Shown: positions 38,901 to 52,441 of the stretch, piece by piece
How the letters are laid out: each line of letters begins with the position of its first letter
Numbering within the stretch: the first letter of the stretch is position 1
Assembly (NCBI GenBank): GCA_030248215.1
Contig: JASANG010000627.1
Span: 372,001 to 436,000 of the forward strand
Length of the DNA stretch: 64,000 nt
Direction of reading: 5' to 3'
From: Enoplolaimus lenunculus
Taxonomy: Eukaryota
Position numbers and translations under genes: made by a program
Notes under the pieces: model-generated
Databases searched by the model: none
What the model was told of the DNA's origin: nothing
What the model saw: only the letters and a program-made list of their open reading frames with translations

Positions 38901-41900
38901 CCGGAGCAGGCAGGGGTGGGGACTCCCTTAATATCCAGGGCGGGGACTCCTCCAAATTCCAAGGTGGGGGCCCCCAAGTTCGCGAGCGACGCGAGCGAGG
39001 AGCCAGCGCATTTTAAATCTTAAGCGGTTTTTGTTTCAACCGGTAAGGGTGGGGCCCCTTTAAGGGTGGGCAATAGCGGATCCATGGGGAGCACCCCGGC
39101 CGTGGGCCTCCCAACAGCATCTCGACAAAAATTATATAATGTCAATTGCTGTTCTACGCTGTTTATTTCTCTGCTTTATACACAATAGTATAAGCACGCT
39201 TACCTTTATTTGGCCCTGGAGTCATTTATGCGCTACAATTAGGGATAATAGACATTTATGGACTCTAACAAGGGTTTAAGGACTCTACCCGCTTACGGAC
39301 TCTTATTAGGGATACGGACTCCTATTGATTTGGACTCAAAATGGGAACCCTCCTGTTATTTGAATCACTACAGTATGGGCCAAAAATAAGTTTATTACCT
39401 GTGAAATTTTGCCCCCCCCCCATTTTGAGATCCTGGATCCGCCACTGAGGGTGGGGCCCCCAAATGTGGGGTATGGGGGTGGCTACTCCGGCCCTGCATC
39501 GAATAGCCATATGTAAACAAAATTTTTGCCTGCCGTCGTCGTACGGTACCGGACGGCGCCGCCCGATAAGTTTGTGCTGTTTTTATATTGAAGAATCGTT
39601 AACCGTTTTGCTAATTTAAACCGTTTTGCTAATTTATCTTTATGCAAAACATTGATATTGAAGCGGGATTTGTCGCCCCTTCCCCCACACCTCAGCAGCT
39701 CAATTTCGTCATTACACTACTTCCAATTTACCAATGGTCGTGAGTGAAATGAAAAAGTAATAAATTGAATCGAAATACGACCACGACGGTTCGATTGCTA
39801 AATAAATCCTCGCGAATAACAAAATACAAATGACAAACATCGCAAGCGCAACCCAGGTTGGCATTGTGATTTGTTCATCGAAATTTGTTGTTAACTGGAA
39901 ATAGGAAAAGTTTTCGGCAGAGTGAATATAACACTGCAACGATACAGGAACGATGGGTTACTTTGTTGCAAAATCACAATCAGAAGAATTCTAATTACAG
40001 CGGCAAGAGAAATTTTACCTACACTGTATAAAAAATGGGGAGTCAATTGACTGTCTCGGAAGCAGGCTTTTCCTGACTACACAAACTGAGTCAAATTTGA
40101 TTTCGCCAGAGTCAAATTCGACTCACTGAGCGATTCAATGAATCGGATTTGACATTGGCGGAGTCAAATTTTGACTCTGTTTGTGTAGTCAGGAAAAGCC
40201 TGTGTCCGAGAGAGTCAATTTGACTCCCCATTTTTTTCAGCGTAACACAGAAGACTTTTAATGATGTCGAAAAACGTTTCGGCCTTTGGTGCGAAGATTT
40301 GCGCAGAAGGGCGGCCGTGAAGTCACTAGTTCGAAACCATTCGTAACCCGCTTTTTCATCTGCTTAGTATAAAAAAGGTCAGAAGTCTCGGTTCCTACCT
40401 AAACTGACAAAGTGTATAACAAAATCTAATAGTTTTTATGCCTCTGCTAATGAATAGAGAATCAGTTTGTATCCAGAACTTACAATTGGCTGTTTGACTA
40501 CGGAATATTTCGGCAAAAGCTTATCCAGAACTTACAATTGGCTGTTTGACTACGGAATATTTCGGCAAAAGCTAAAATATTTAAAAAAAATAACTCGTTA
40601 ATGAAACCCATTATCAAGATGTTGTTCATCCCTGATTGCTAATTTTAACAAAGTCTGAGAATAAACCTTACCTCAAACCTGAACGTTAGCCAAAGCAAAA
40701 GCCTAAACCTATGAAGACTAACCATGTGACAATGTTAAATATAAACACTGTGGGGGGGACTTTCGATTTCTATTAAGTTAACAATAGTGTAAAGGGGAAA
40801 CTATACAAGTACCCCGGTCGCAAATACATTTCGCACATTTATCGGTATCGATTTGTGTTTAAAGCTATATATACAAATAATATATATGTATATCTATGTT
40901 CCATTAACATCTCTAGATATTAAGCTAAAATTCGGTACAAAATTTTCGCTAACTCCGGGCTGATACGGAATATACGAGTGTTATAGATTACACCTTAAGT
41001 ATTACAAACCTTTTTAATTTGTTATATTAAACATGGGACCCGTGAAGCGTGTAAACGGATAATAAAATAACGGAAACAGAAAAAGATAGTGATCACGATG
41101 ACGTAAACGGAAAATGGATATTGAAGTATAAAAAGTTACAAAGATGTTTTATTTTTCTGCCAACTCAATTGGGCGAGCATAAATACACCGGTCTTTCAAT
41201 AATGTCAAAGAAAAATGGCGCATCGCATTGCAATTGTTAAGATCTTGGTTGAATTTCGTAATTCTTATTTCATTTCGAACAATTGCAGCATATCTGCAAC
41301 AAAAAATGCGAGATATATACGTGATTCATAAACTAATTTTGAACGTAAAAATAACGTATTATCCGTTATTTCTATAACCGGAAATGAACGCCGATTTTTA
41401 CCGGAAACGGATATCCGGTTACACCCTGAACACGAGCTTAAAATTTAATTTTTTTAATCATCTCATGATTAGGTCTTCTTCACATACGCAGTGCCGGAGC
41501 AGGCTAAGGTGATGCCCCCCAAAAAAATTGTAGAGTCTGAGCCCCTTGCGATTATCAAAATTTTTTCAAATTATGATAAATATTAAGGGCTATTTTTTGT
41601 TTAAAATCTAGTTAGGGTGGGGCCTCTCGTTGGGGTGGGTGCCCCCAAATGGGTGTAAGGGGGGGGGGGGTGGCTGCTCCGGTTGTGTTCACGTACCAGA
41701 TCGGATTTCGGGGCACACTTTCGTGTACATGGACACCGGTTGAGCAGACTGATAATAACTTGCCACCCGTGTGCAATCACTTTTAACGCAAAACGGCGAA
41801 ATGTTTTCAATAGATTATATAACGCTTTACCCCATGCGTTCAACATCATAAGTACAATAGGTATACCTAGAACAAAAAGCAACCCTTATACATACATACA

Positions 41901-44900
41901 TACATATATACTTGTCCTTCCAATATACAAACGAGTGCTGCTAAGCTTTGCTTCAAGCGTGCGGTGCACGCGGGAACATCGCTGTCGTCCTGCTCACGAC
42001 ACTCAAGAATTGGTGCATCGCACTCAAGCAGAATTCGTGCAATCGCACTCGTCCCACAGTTCAGTTGTGCATGCAATCGCACTCGTCCCACAGTTCAGTT
42101 GTGCATGCAATCGCACTCGTCCCACAGTTGTGCGTGCACTCATTCTTTTTTCACTTACACAGCACGACACCGATGCTCTTGTGCATGAACTGCCCTCAGT
42201 ATGTACGGATCATGCCAAACATTTAAACGATCGCAGCAGTGTACTTTCATATCTCGGAAGAACGCGAAGCCGTGCTACAACCGTAAGGGTTGCGCTATAC
42301 TTTACTGATCCGGACGCTGTCGCACACTGTTACACACTGCAGGGCTCCGACGCACGGCGGCGTGCGGCAACTTTTAATAGAAATTTTACGGCGCCACGCG
42401 TCGACTATCAGTTGAAGCAAAACCTAAGCTTCACCGTGTCGATTACTCTATTTCAGAAACCCAGCCAATATTTCTATTTTAAATGTAATTATAAAACTTT
42501 CTCAATTATAAATTAAATAATTCTTCAAAAAGCGATTGCTTGAAATAGACTAAATTTTAAATGATTTAAACTAAAACGCATTGTACAAATGCTACACTTA
42601 CCTACGATTGCATAGAATATTGAAACTAATTTTCCGGCCACTGTTGACGGCGCTCGGTCACCATAACCTGAAATAAAAAACTGACATTAAGCATAAAAAT
42701 TATATTTACTCAAAAAGATGGATTTTCAGGTCAACTAGAAATATTGTTTCGAATAAAGTTCTGCGTTTTTAGCAAATATTTTAATGTTAACATATAACGA
42801 ATTTTCCGCAAAATTATTTTCAATTTTCAGAAGATTTTGAGGATTTTTGCGATTAGTCGCATCTCATACGATCAGCTTCGTCCTCCCGGCCAAAAAAGGT
42901 ATTCAACCGTATTACACGAGTTCTAAGTTAAGAAAATATTTACTTCCACCTGGGAGGTTTAGAAGTCGACACCTCGACCCTCTGGATTTTTAGACATATA
43001 TTTTTAGATACTTCTTTCTGTTTGCAACACAACAAAAATATCATCTTTGAAATTTTCATACAGCGTAATTCTTGTCTTTCCAAAATCCTGGCTACGCCCA
43101 TAAGCTCACGACATATTTTCACATACCTCGCTGATTGCAATACTGTAGACTGTTATTTCTTTCAATTAAAACGGGCACCGTAGCTGAGAACGGGAGTAAC
43201 GTTGCATTAAAAATTGTTGAATTTAACTCAGTGTTTAAGTTTATGGTTCCATTCATTTCTTTTACAGCAACGCTGCTTAGTTGGCACATTTTGAATCAAT
43301 ACTAAAAAGCTAAAACCATCATTGTGGCCCATGTATAGAACATATGGCCCATGTATAGAACAGGGCCCGATCGTTTTCCGAAGGGGCTATAATAGAGCCA
43401 GTTTAAACTTTAGAATATTTTTTTGCTTAGGCTTAAGCTTAGGCTTAGGAATAGGCTCATCCATACGCTTAGGCTTAGGCTTACGCTTACGCTTAGGAAT
43501 ATGCTTACCCTACTGTTCCGGACCTGTTCTATACATGGACCATTGTACATTTAAAATTTTTTTAACAGTGCCGTGGGTACACGTATCGGTCCGGGTTGAT
43601 TTGCAGTCAAACGCACATAAATATAATTTGACCTCCAGCCGAAGTACTGACCAAAGCGGCCGAGCCGCGCCCTGCGTTTCCCGGGCCTCCGGTCCAAAAA
43701 CTGAATTTCGGGTCATTGAGATTTAAAATTGATTCATCATGAACTGCCATTGAGTGATGTTGGTTGAGTTGAACGGTATGAATTGAAAAAACAATTTGCG
43801 AGCAAAGCGAGCGACACGAAACAGAGGTATGTTTTTGTACAAAACATATTCCTAAGCTTAAGCCTTATCGGAAGAATGATCAATACCTAGCCTAAGCCTA
43901 AACCTAAGCAAAACATTTTGTCTAAAGCTTGTTCCGTCTTTGATCTTTACATGGGCCAATGTTCCAAACTCAAACAATACGATTTGTCCCCTCCTGCCAG
44001 CAAAATGTTTTTTGTACCAAAATGCGGGTCAAACTATTAAACTCAAGAGTGTATTTTTTGTTTTCGAGAGCGTCAAAGATAAATGGGTTGCAAAAAGATA
44101 CGGCGAAATATCATTTATGACCAGGTCACTGATTCAAACAGTGATAACGGGCAATCGAACTGCTACCATCTTAAATGACTAACTCGTAAATTACGAAAGA
44201 TGTACTGTGTAAGCTCAAATATGAAATCTGCTTTATGGATGATACAAAATGGGGTTTTTTATATTTATGAACTAAACTAATCTTTAGAAAATGTTTTCAA
44301 GATTTTAAATTTCTCAAAAAAATTTCAAAAATTAATTCTTTATCATGTTACCGATGTTTTTTTGTATACAAAAGGAAAAATGAGACATTTCGCATCATGA
44401 AATTTATAGATATACGAAGAAATACACTACTTTTAGCAAGAATTAAAATGGAATCTACGACAATTCGTCACGCGACAACTTGTCGCCGTAGGGTGTCCTC
44501 AAGGAAATGAACAAACCTAAGCAAACGCCCATGCGTAAATCTAAGCCAAAGCCTAAACCTAAGCATAACGATCGGCGACAATTTGTCGAGTCGATGAAAT
44601 TTCGGATTCCAAGTTGTCTCTCTACGAGTTGTCGGGCGACGAATTGTAGTGATACCATTAAAATTTACCCTCAGGATCTTAACGATCAGAAAAATTTCTC
44701 GCTCGTTACACTCGCTTACAAAAACACCTTTTGCATAAAGATATACCCTTCCGAAGCGAACTCCTGTCTACACGTCCGCTTACCGATGGTTGTGTAGAGA
44801 GTAGTAGCGAAAAATGTCGACTGCCACACACCCCAATTATTGCTCGGAGTCGGTTGGTCAACTTTGAACCTTGACATAATCCAATCCACCGCGTGTCGAG

Positions 44901-45234
44901 TTGTGTCAGGTTGTCGCAATGGTGGAACCAACGGCAGTTCAAGTAAACAAAAACTTTGAAGTTGACCAGTCACTACGTCCATTGTACCGTTCCATTCTTT
45001 CAGTTCAGTTTCATAAGAATCAGCTTCTGCATTTGATTCAAAATAATGAAATATCGCTCCTCCAATGAACGAGTAGGCAATAAGTACGAGAATAAACCAA
45101 AAATTGGTTGCGTTTTTAAAACATTTCGATAGTTTTCCTTTGAATGTCTTCGATTTTGCTTCATCGTCTTCGTATTGAGCTCGGCTGCTCGCTAAATCAA
45201 GTCGTGTTTCGCCACGTTTCATAAATAACGCCAT
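35949..45234 (-). CDS. Two-pore-domain (K2P/TWK family) potassium channel, 6 exons, ~489 aa
   Basis: Exons 45234-44784, 42667-42602, 41866-41697, 39894-39732, 37650-37386 and 36303-35949, all GT-AG and in phase. P1 FFATTLYTTIG|YGD, M2 YAIVG|IPI, P2 YYFFISLTTIG|LGDFVP, nematode-type tail LMSFM...KSSATQT. Extra 5' or 3' exons cannot be excluded. Confidence 0.9.
36385..36645. mobile_element. MITE with AGGGTTGCGCTATACTT TIRs and internal ~18-bp GC-rich repeats
   Basis: AGGGCTGTGCTATACTT ... AAGTATAGCGCAACCCT. Relatives at 42286, 47301-47415 and ~53746-53897. Confidence 0.7.
37075..37234. mobile_element. Merlin-like MITE carrying GCCTAA telomeric repeats
   Basis: GG-initiated TIRs GGCCCCTGTATAGAACAGAGCC / GGCCCTGTTCTATACATGGGCC with a perfect 8-bp TSD, CCTTTAAC (37067-37074 and 37235-37242). 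Confidence 0.85.
37741..37915. mobile_element. hAT-like MITE (CARTGGCGGATCC family)
   Basis: TIRs CAGTGGCGGATCCA / TGGATCCGCCATTG, TSD ctcccaca/ctctcaca. Confidence 0.85.
38242..38669. mobile_element. TA-TSD MITE (Tc1/mariner-type target), CTGTAGTGACC family
   Basis: TA|CTGTAGTGACCGGAATAAG ... TTATTTGGGTCACTACAG|TA. Confidence 0.8.
38896..39496. mobile_element. Nested hAT-like MITEs: an outer CAGTGCCGGAG element with an inner CARTGGCGGATCC element at 39071-39447
   Basis: Outer TIRs CAGTGCCGGAGCAG / CTACTCCGGCCCTG with TSD aatcgaac/catcgaat. Inner element has a perfect TSD, AGGGTGGG. Another outer-family copy lies at ~41489-41685. Confidence 0.8.
40022..40242. mobile_element. Foldback (near fully palindromic) MITE, ~220 bp
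   Basis: TA|CACTG..AAAAAATGGGGAGTCAA..CAGGCTTTTCCTGACTACACAAAC ... GTTTGTGTAGTCAGGAAAAGCCTG..TTGACTCCCCATTTTTT..CAGCG|TA, with ~105-bp arms. Confidence 0.85.
40470..40573 (+). repeat. Perfect 52-bp tandem duplication
   Basis: TATCCAGAACTTACAATTGGCTGTTTGACTACGGAATATTTCGGCAAAAGCT occurs twice. Confidence 0.9.
43346..43541. mobile_element. Merlin-like TTAGGC-bearing MITE (opposite orientation)
   Basis: GGCCCATGTATAGAACAGGGCC ... GGACCTGTTCTATACATGGACC with internal TTAGGC tracts. The left 20 bp are duplicated at 43326. Confidence 0.75.
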
Positions 45235-46337
45235 TGCAATCGCTACTTAAAGATCACAAGTCTCCTGTTGATGTATTTTTCCCGCGCTTTTGTTGCTCGA
45301 CAACTTTATTTTCCCACGCTTTTTTGCTCGACAACTTTATTTTCCCACGGGTTTTTTTCTCACGGTCTTATTTTCCCACGTTTAATTTTTGATCAATTTT
45401 GTTTCACGTCGCAGTTTATTTTCACTACGTGGACATCCACAGGGACAAATTTTCATAAGGTTTCCTTCATAAGGCAACGTATTGATTGTTCTATGACCAG
45501 GTCAAAGTAGTGTGGTACGAAAAAAATGTTCTTGTCGTTGTGATTTTTGTCTATTTTAATTAAATACAACTACTAAAGATGTTAATGTGCAGGTGGCACT
45601 GTTGCAGCGTACAATTTTTGCAAGCGTACTGGGATCTGAAATTGTTTATATCAACAGTTGTGGGGGGCACCAAATAATTTTGGTCAGGGGTCGCTTGTTG
45701 TTGAAATTTAATCGAAAAATCAATTTAAATCACAATGCCTGCCCGACTCCTATTTGGCAAGTCACGGTCCCCCAATGCCCCCTGTGGAGATCCCTTTGTA
45801 ATATTGTCATTTTCTTTGGGCTAAAACCGCTAACATGACTATGGTTAAAGTTTTCAAAATTTTGTTCTGAACAATTTCTCTACACCTGAACCAACAAAAC
45901 AAGACGCTAACAAAAGTATAATTTAAAGCCACAACTACGATTGTGTGTTTCAACCTTCACTACAATCGCAACAAAACTTTCGTAACCTTCTCTCTATGGT
46001 TTAACTTTAATTCAATTTGAAATTATATATAAATCATTTGAATATTAAAACATTTTGACCAATTCAACAAGTACGCAGTAAATATATCAATGCTAATAGT
46101 TTAAAAACCCATTTCCGCAGTTTACTGTCACAAACGCAAGGTCGCTATACTTTTTTCGGCAACATTAAGCCCTTAAAAATTTAATCAAGATTGCTGTAAA
46201 TTACAGTTCTGCGTCTGTATACATATTTGCAATATTTGGTTCGACATTTATCATAAATGGTAAATATAAATATATTTTTGCGATAACAACACGGCCCGTA
46301 AACATTGACGCAACCCATAGAGTCAGCCCACCGCTTG

Positions 46338-46421
46338 CAGGGAGCAACCGGAGGTGAAAAATACTGGAACCGGAGGCCGATTTTGTGCCGGAGCCGGAGG
46401 CACTCCTCCGGTTGTACCCTG
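46338..46421. mobile_element. Minimal hAT-like MITE (CAGGGTGCAACCGGA family)
   Basis: CAGGGAGCAACCGGAGG / CCTCCGGTTGTACCCTG. Relatives at 25797, 34281 and 48512-48854. Confidence 0.65.
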
Positions 46422-49400
46422 CAGGCTTGCAAATAGGTATTATTAAGAGGGTGTAGGTAGATCAGGGAGTGCACGAATGCTTAACGCAGTTGTTAATATG
46501 TTTCGGTCTAGAAATTGAGTCTAGCAATTTCTGTGGTGACCCATATTTTCGAAAAACTTAAAAAAATTCTAATTTGTTCTACAATTTCACCTTTAATTTA
46601 ATCGATAGGATTAAATTAAAATTGTTTTTATGCTTGGCAGTGTTTGCAGCTGGTTCCCCGTTTCGCTATTTACACCGGTAAAGCCCAGAGAAAAATAGAA
46701 CGTGTGCGAAACGAAAGGTTATTAATTATATTAGAGCCACGTTAGGTATTTCGATACCACACCATCAGCGCAAATGTTTGTTTGCAATTGGCATTTCAAA
46801 CTTTTACATCGCCATGTTTTTCTGAAGCATATCAATGAAAAATTATTAACAAAACAAATGAATCCTTAATGGACCTCACACGCCGGAAGTCAAAAATTTT
46901 GCCGAAACCGGAACCAGAGATGAAGGTGAAAGAGGACTAAGCAGAATATGATAAGTTCTATTAAAGCACGGAGAGGCGGTTTCTTGTGTTAAAAAATGAA
47001 AAAGTATCAAAAACCCTTTTATAAAAATTCCAATGGGCGGGGCGGGTTACGCATATATCTGAGCTTATCCGAGAAATCTTTGCTTGAAGTCGCACGCCAG
47101 AGTATAGATTTATCTATAGGCCGCTATAGAGACGTCTGAATTCTGTAAACATATTAAGTTGGTATTTACATTTTTTATAGCAAAATTTGTCTTAGACATT
47201 TAAACAATTAATACTTCATAAACGTTTCCAACGAAACTTACCACTTGTTACACTTCCCTCAAAAACGTTTAGGCTCAGACTTAGGCTTATCATAAGACTA
47301 AGGGTTACGCTATACTCGTCGCGCGCCGCCAGACACCGCAGCACGGCACTTTAAAACATTTTATTAAAAATTACCGCACGCTGGCGTCCAGCTCAGTAAA
47401 GTATAACGCAACCCTTAGGCTTTAGGCATTGGTGAACAGGTTTCAAATGGATAATTACAAATAATGTTTGTACAACATTTTCATAGATGCTTTATTTTTT
47501 CTGCCAACATAATGGAGGTGTGCAAATATTCACCGAGATTTCTAAACTTTTAAAGACAAAGTGGCGGATACGTCGAAGTTTTTAAGATTTTTGATGAATT
47601 TCTTGATTTAGAGTTTATTTCAAACAGTTGCAAGATAATTATGATGAAAATTGTTCGATCTATAACGGAAACGGACATGGTTTTTTACCGGAAACGGATA
47701 TCGAGCTACATTTTGTTGGTAAGTGTTTTCTTAAACACCTAAGCCTATAGACACTATGCGTAAGCCGAAAAGTCTATAAATGTGGAACTAATTGACACGC
47801 TATGGCAATTGTCCTGTGTATATACAAAACAAACTTTTTTACGTTTAAATGTTAAGCTATAAATTAACTGTCTGGAACATGAGGCAGCATTGTTAATTAT
47901 TGTTTTGAACATTGCTAATTTTTCGGTATAAAAACAAAAACAACTTGTAAATGTTGTTATCACACCTGTCAACCTGTTAAAATCGATGTATGTTTCCCAA
48001 ACACAAAAATAACTTTACAAATGCTCGTGATTTGTGTCCGCCTTTTACAGATGTATCGACAGACACGCAACCAGACTAATAAACGAACAGTATTCTAATG
48101 AATGGTACATTTGTAAGCATGATAAATCGACTATTTTTTCATCTCACCGAAAAATTCTATATTTTATGCCGATAAATTTGGTATCTTAAAGAGTATGGGT
48201 GTGTTAATGTTTGAATAGTCTGAATGTGTAATTAAAAAGAATTGAGCAAAATTAATCTATCTTTAGTGTTTGCGAAGTTTAACACGAGATTAAGTAAACA
48301 TATTTTTGGTATAAGTATCAAGTGTAACACAGAAATTATGTGTATCTAACAATTGATTAAGCTTGAAATAAAAATACGCAAGATTTTGAATGATTTTAAA
48401 CGTAAACCTAACCTACCTGGTAGTTTAGCTATAATCTAGAAGGTTAGTTTAATGCTGTTTGATTAGCTTAAGCGTAAATCAAGTTAGTTTAAGCTTTTAG
48501 AGAATACATATAAAGGTGCAACCGGAATTCCGTTTCCGACACTTTTTCATCTTCTGATTTCGGTTTTAGTAATTTTTTTGCTGGAATTAAAAATTCCAAT
48601 ATTTAATTTTGGTCATGGAAATTAATGTATTTCACTGAAAATGGCGATAAAATTAAATAAATTTCATTAGTATAGTTTATAAACCCTTGATTATCACCGA
48701 CAATAAACCATCGAAGGTATTAAACAATAATATTGCAAAAAATTAAAATAAATTTTTCGGTGTCATGTATTTTTAATTTTCCTGTTCCGTTTCCGAGTAA
48801 TTTTTTCACATTTCGGTTACGGTTCCAGTAAATTGTAACTCCGGTTGCGCCCTGATATATATCTTAAGCAAAGTTTTCACCACATAAAAAGCCAGAAGTT
48901 GCAGACTTTGACAAATATATTCGCTCATCCAAGCGACAACAATTACCGCGCGTAAGACTGAGATATACTACTTCCAAAAAATGACCAGACACAAGAAAAC
49001 TGCCCATTTGCTAAGCTTTGTATAATTTTCCGTCAAAATAATTTCTTTCCTAACGCGTCCTATCGTTCCGAACAAAAGTCCTGATTACGGCATTATTCTT
49101 CCAGAGCAACACATGCGGTTATCTTTAAAAAGCCAATCATTTGACGAAACCCAACCCTCAGACAAATCGAATTCCGCTTCTGGTGGTCTCTTTGAAACAT
49201 CCCCAACTAAACGAAAATTAGGCTCAAATAACTACGAACGACGACTGTTTGGTCGCTGTGATTTGGACCGTAATCGCCATCAGCCCAGACCGCTAGTGGC
49301 AAAATGAACAGCATTGTACGGTACAAAATGTTTCAAACAAAAACTTAACAAAATAAAAAAAGTGAATCGGGTCTTTAAAAACAAATTGATTTAAAAAACT

Positions 49401-52400
49401 GGCGACAGACGTGGGCAAATGTTGTTGCAACAGTCTGTAGTGGGCAAATATAGCTGGATCTTTTAAGCTAAGTTAAACACATCACGTGTAGATTTGTCTT
49501 TAACATTTATCCTTTTGTCTAACAGGTAGTTTACAGCCGCGTAGCCAGCTCACTTTTAATACTAAAGGAGCTTAAAAATTCTCAGGAAGGGTTTTCGATG
49601 ACTTAGAAACAAGCATGAAAATTTTCTACGGGAAGGGCGTAAAATTCTTGCAAGGGAGCTGAGGCTTCCTGGCCGTCCTCTGGCTACAGATCCGTAGCTT
49701 ATTTACTGATTTGGTTCATAGTAACGCATTATTATTTAATTAGGCGACAAAGATACAAATAACTTTTCTAATCAGTAAAACATACTTCGTGTTCCAATTT
49801 TTTTAATTCCTGGCATGGTTTAGTTTAGTGGAAAAATTCGTGTATCATATCGCTTTCCTGTGTAGAAAGTATGAGCAAGTGACTGAAAACTATGCATATG
49901 CAATCAGTCAGTACGCAGCGCACAGTGTTTAACAATACACGTATATGAAGTAAAAAAATCTTTACAAGACGTGAGAGTCCGGTTGAGCTCGAGCGTTAAG
50001 CTCCTATAACTGAGTGGCGTTGGTGAACACCTTTAACCACTAGTGAAAGCGTTGCTCGATTCCTAGCTTGAAGATAGGCGTCTGCTAAAATAGAAAAAAT
50101 TCATGTAGGATTGCATTAAACGATTATTTAAAATGTGCAATACTTCATAATACTTGACTGAATAAACTAAACAATTTTAGGCAAGAAACTATAAATTGCT
50201 TCTGGTTTTCCTGGAATTCGGGCTTGGATTACATGGTACACACAGTATTGTTTTCTGCCGTTTAGCATTCTTAACAATGCCATACTTTGTCGGCTTGTAA
50301 CATTCAACTCCTCAAACTCTGAGATTTTTAAGTCCAAATTTGAAGAACAAAAGACAATTGTGTCATCTATAACAATAAGTAATTAACTTCACGATAGCCA
50401 GAAATTTGAAACATCAGGGCCGAAACGTTTTTTTGCGGGACTGCGCTAGGGTAAGGTTAAGTTTTAGACAACTGTTTAGCTCAGGCTCAGGCTTTTGGCT
50501 TCAGGCTTTGGTATAAGCTCATTTTTACGCTTAGGCTTAGGAATATGTTTATACACTGTAACAACATTGTTCTATACATTGGTAAATTTTTATAAAGCGG
50601 GAGGAATGCGATAAGGGCAGAAATAATCAGCAATTTTTGCGATGCAAATGTCGCACAAAGCGAGCAACAACTTGAACCTTGATGTTTAACGGCGTTTCCG
50701 ATTCATTTGACAGTTTCTCTGCTTTCTTGCAAGAACCGTTTGAAATATAATCTTTAACCGAGAAAACACATCAGACTATACTAGGCCATGAATAGAACAG
50801 AGCCTTCACAGTAGCAAAAGCATATTCCTAAGCCTAAGGCTAAGCCTAACCAATGTGCTTGTACCTAAGTCTAAGCATAATCCTGTCTAAGCTTATGCGT
50901 AATCAAAAAATTGGTCTAGAGTTTAAGCTTTACTCTAGTGCAGCCCGACAGAAAAACGTTCAGCACCTGATATTTACACGGACAGTTTACTAAACAAAAT
51001 AATAAACCGTTTCAAAACGACGAACACGTTATATAATAATAAAATTTTAGGTAAAATTACCAACTACACATATTTAGGTATGGCATAACCTTGATGACTT
51101 TAACAACTTAAAATTCGCGTTTGATACCAAAAACCCACAAAAGTTATTTTACGTCTCAGTTTTATTTGATTCGTATTTCTTTCTCCAGGGTACAAGTTCC
51201 AGATCAAACCGAGCCAAAAAAGTGTTACCACCTTTTAGCTATAAATATACCCCTCTCACACTGTATCGCAAAAAACAATGTGTGCAAAAACCATTTCACT
51301 TTATCTATAGACCACCTTATTGCTTTCATCACTTAATTGATGAACCCCTGCAAAGTTTTGGTACCAAAAACGTAGCCAGGAGTTCATTTCAAGAGCGCGT
51401 AATTTTTGAGTGAAAATTTTGGCCACTCAGCGAGAAAAGTTTGAGCTCTGAAAAAGGCAACTGAGTACTAGTGCCAATAGTAGTGTTTATTTTTATCTTT
51501 TTTCCATGTATTTTGAAGCGTGTTTTACTCATTGTATACCCCGTTTGTATACATACCTATTTTGGTGCCCAAGTGTTCTCGAGTAAACAGAAACACGGCC
51601 TTTAATGATATGTATTGGCGTTTAAAATATGACAACAACCACGTTTCAGTGATAGACCTATTTGTAAATTCTTAAGGAAAAAATTAATACACTTTGCACT
51701 GAGCAAACTACAAGATTTTATACTTCTATGGTCAGGTTGTCGTCGGCCGCGGCGAAACCAGGATTTCATTTCGAATGAATTACAACGGTACGTAAAAAAT
51801 GTTCGCGAACGTATATAAACCTGTGAAAGTGTCGTGTTTCACTATTTTTCAAAACACTTTAGGACGAGTATATCCTTAGTATTTTTCCTTCAGGTTCGGT
51901 TAAATAGAAAATCGATTGTATCGGTAACTGACGATAGGTACTGGTGCTGTACCTTGCATTGTTACGAATGAATTATCTAGGTAACGTGTGATCAACGAAG
52001 ACCGCTTGTAAGTACCGGCGGAAGCGTTCCCAAATTTTTCAATAGGAGAGGCCCCGAGCTTTCTGGTCGTCATCCTGGCAACGTAAATTTTTAAACGGAC
52101 TACGAAGACAGAACTGTGAAACATACTATTAAGACTCCTTTGGGTCTGTTTGGGAGGTCGACTATCCTAACGCCGCCGGTGCTGCCTGAGCGATTCACCA
52201 AAGACCTTCGTTATCCACCAAGACCCATACGTCGTTGACCGAAGCTGTATTCTTTACATAAAATTTATTGAATGTTTACCCTTTACCGAAATCAGTTATA
52301 GTAGACGGACTTACTTGTGGGGCATAACTTTTCAAGAGAACTTAGCTCCTCCCTCGGCCAATCTGGCTACAGACCCGGTTGTCGCGCTCGTCACCGACTG

Positions 52401-52441
52401 AATCCAGAACAAAATTTTTTCGTGAAATTTGTTTCCATTTC

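Noticed and set aside
41683..42516. 277-aa + strand ORF
   Set aside because: Antisense to TWK exon 3 and otherwise made of MITE sequence with 34-bp repeats; no recognisable domain.
49105..49307. Possible orphan terminal exon (MRLSLKSQSFDET...), preceded by TTCTTCCAG
   Set aside because: Protein-like composition, but no recognisable homology and no partner exons found; too weak to call.
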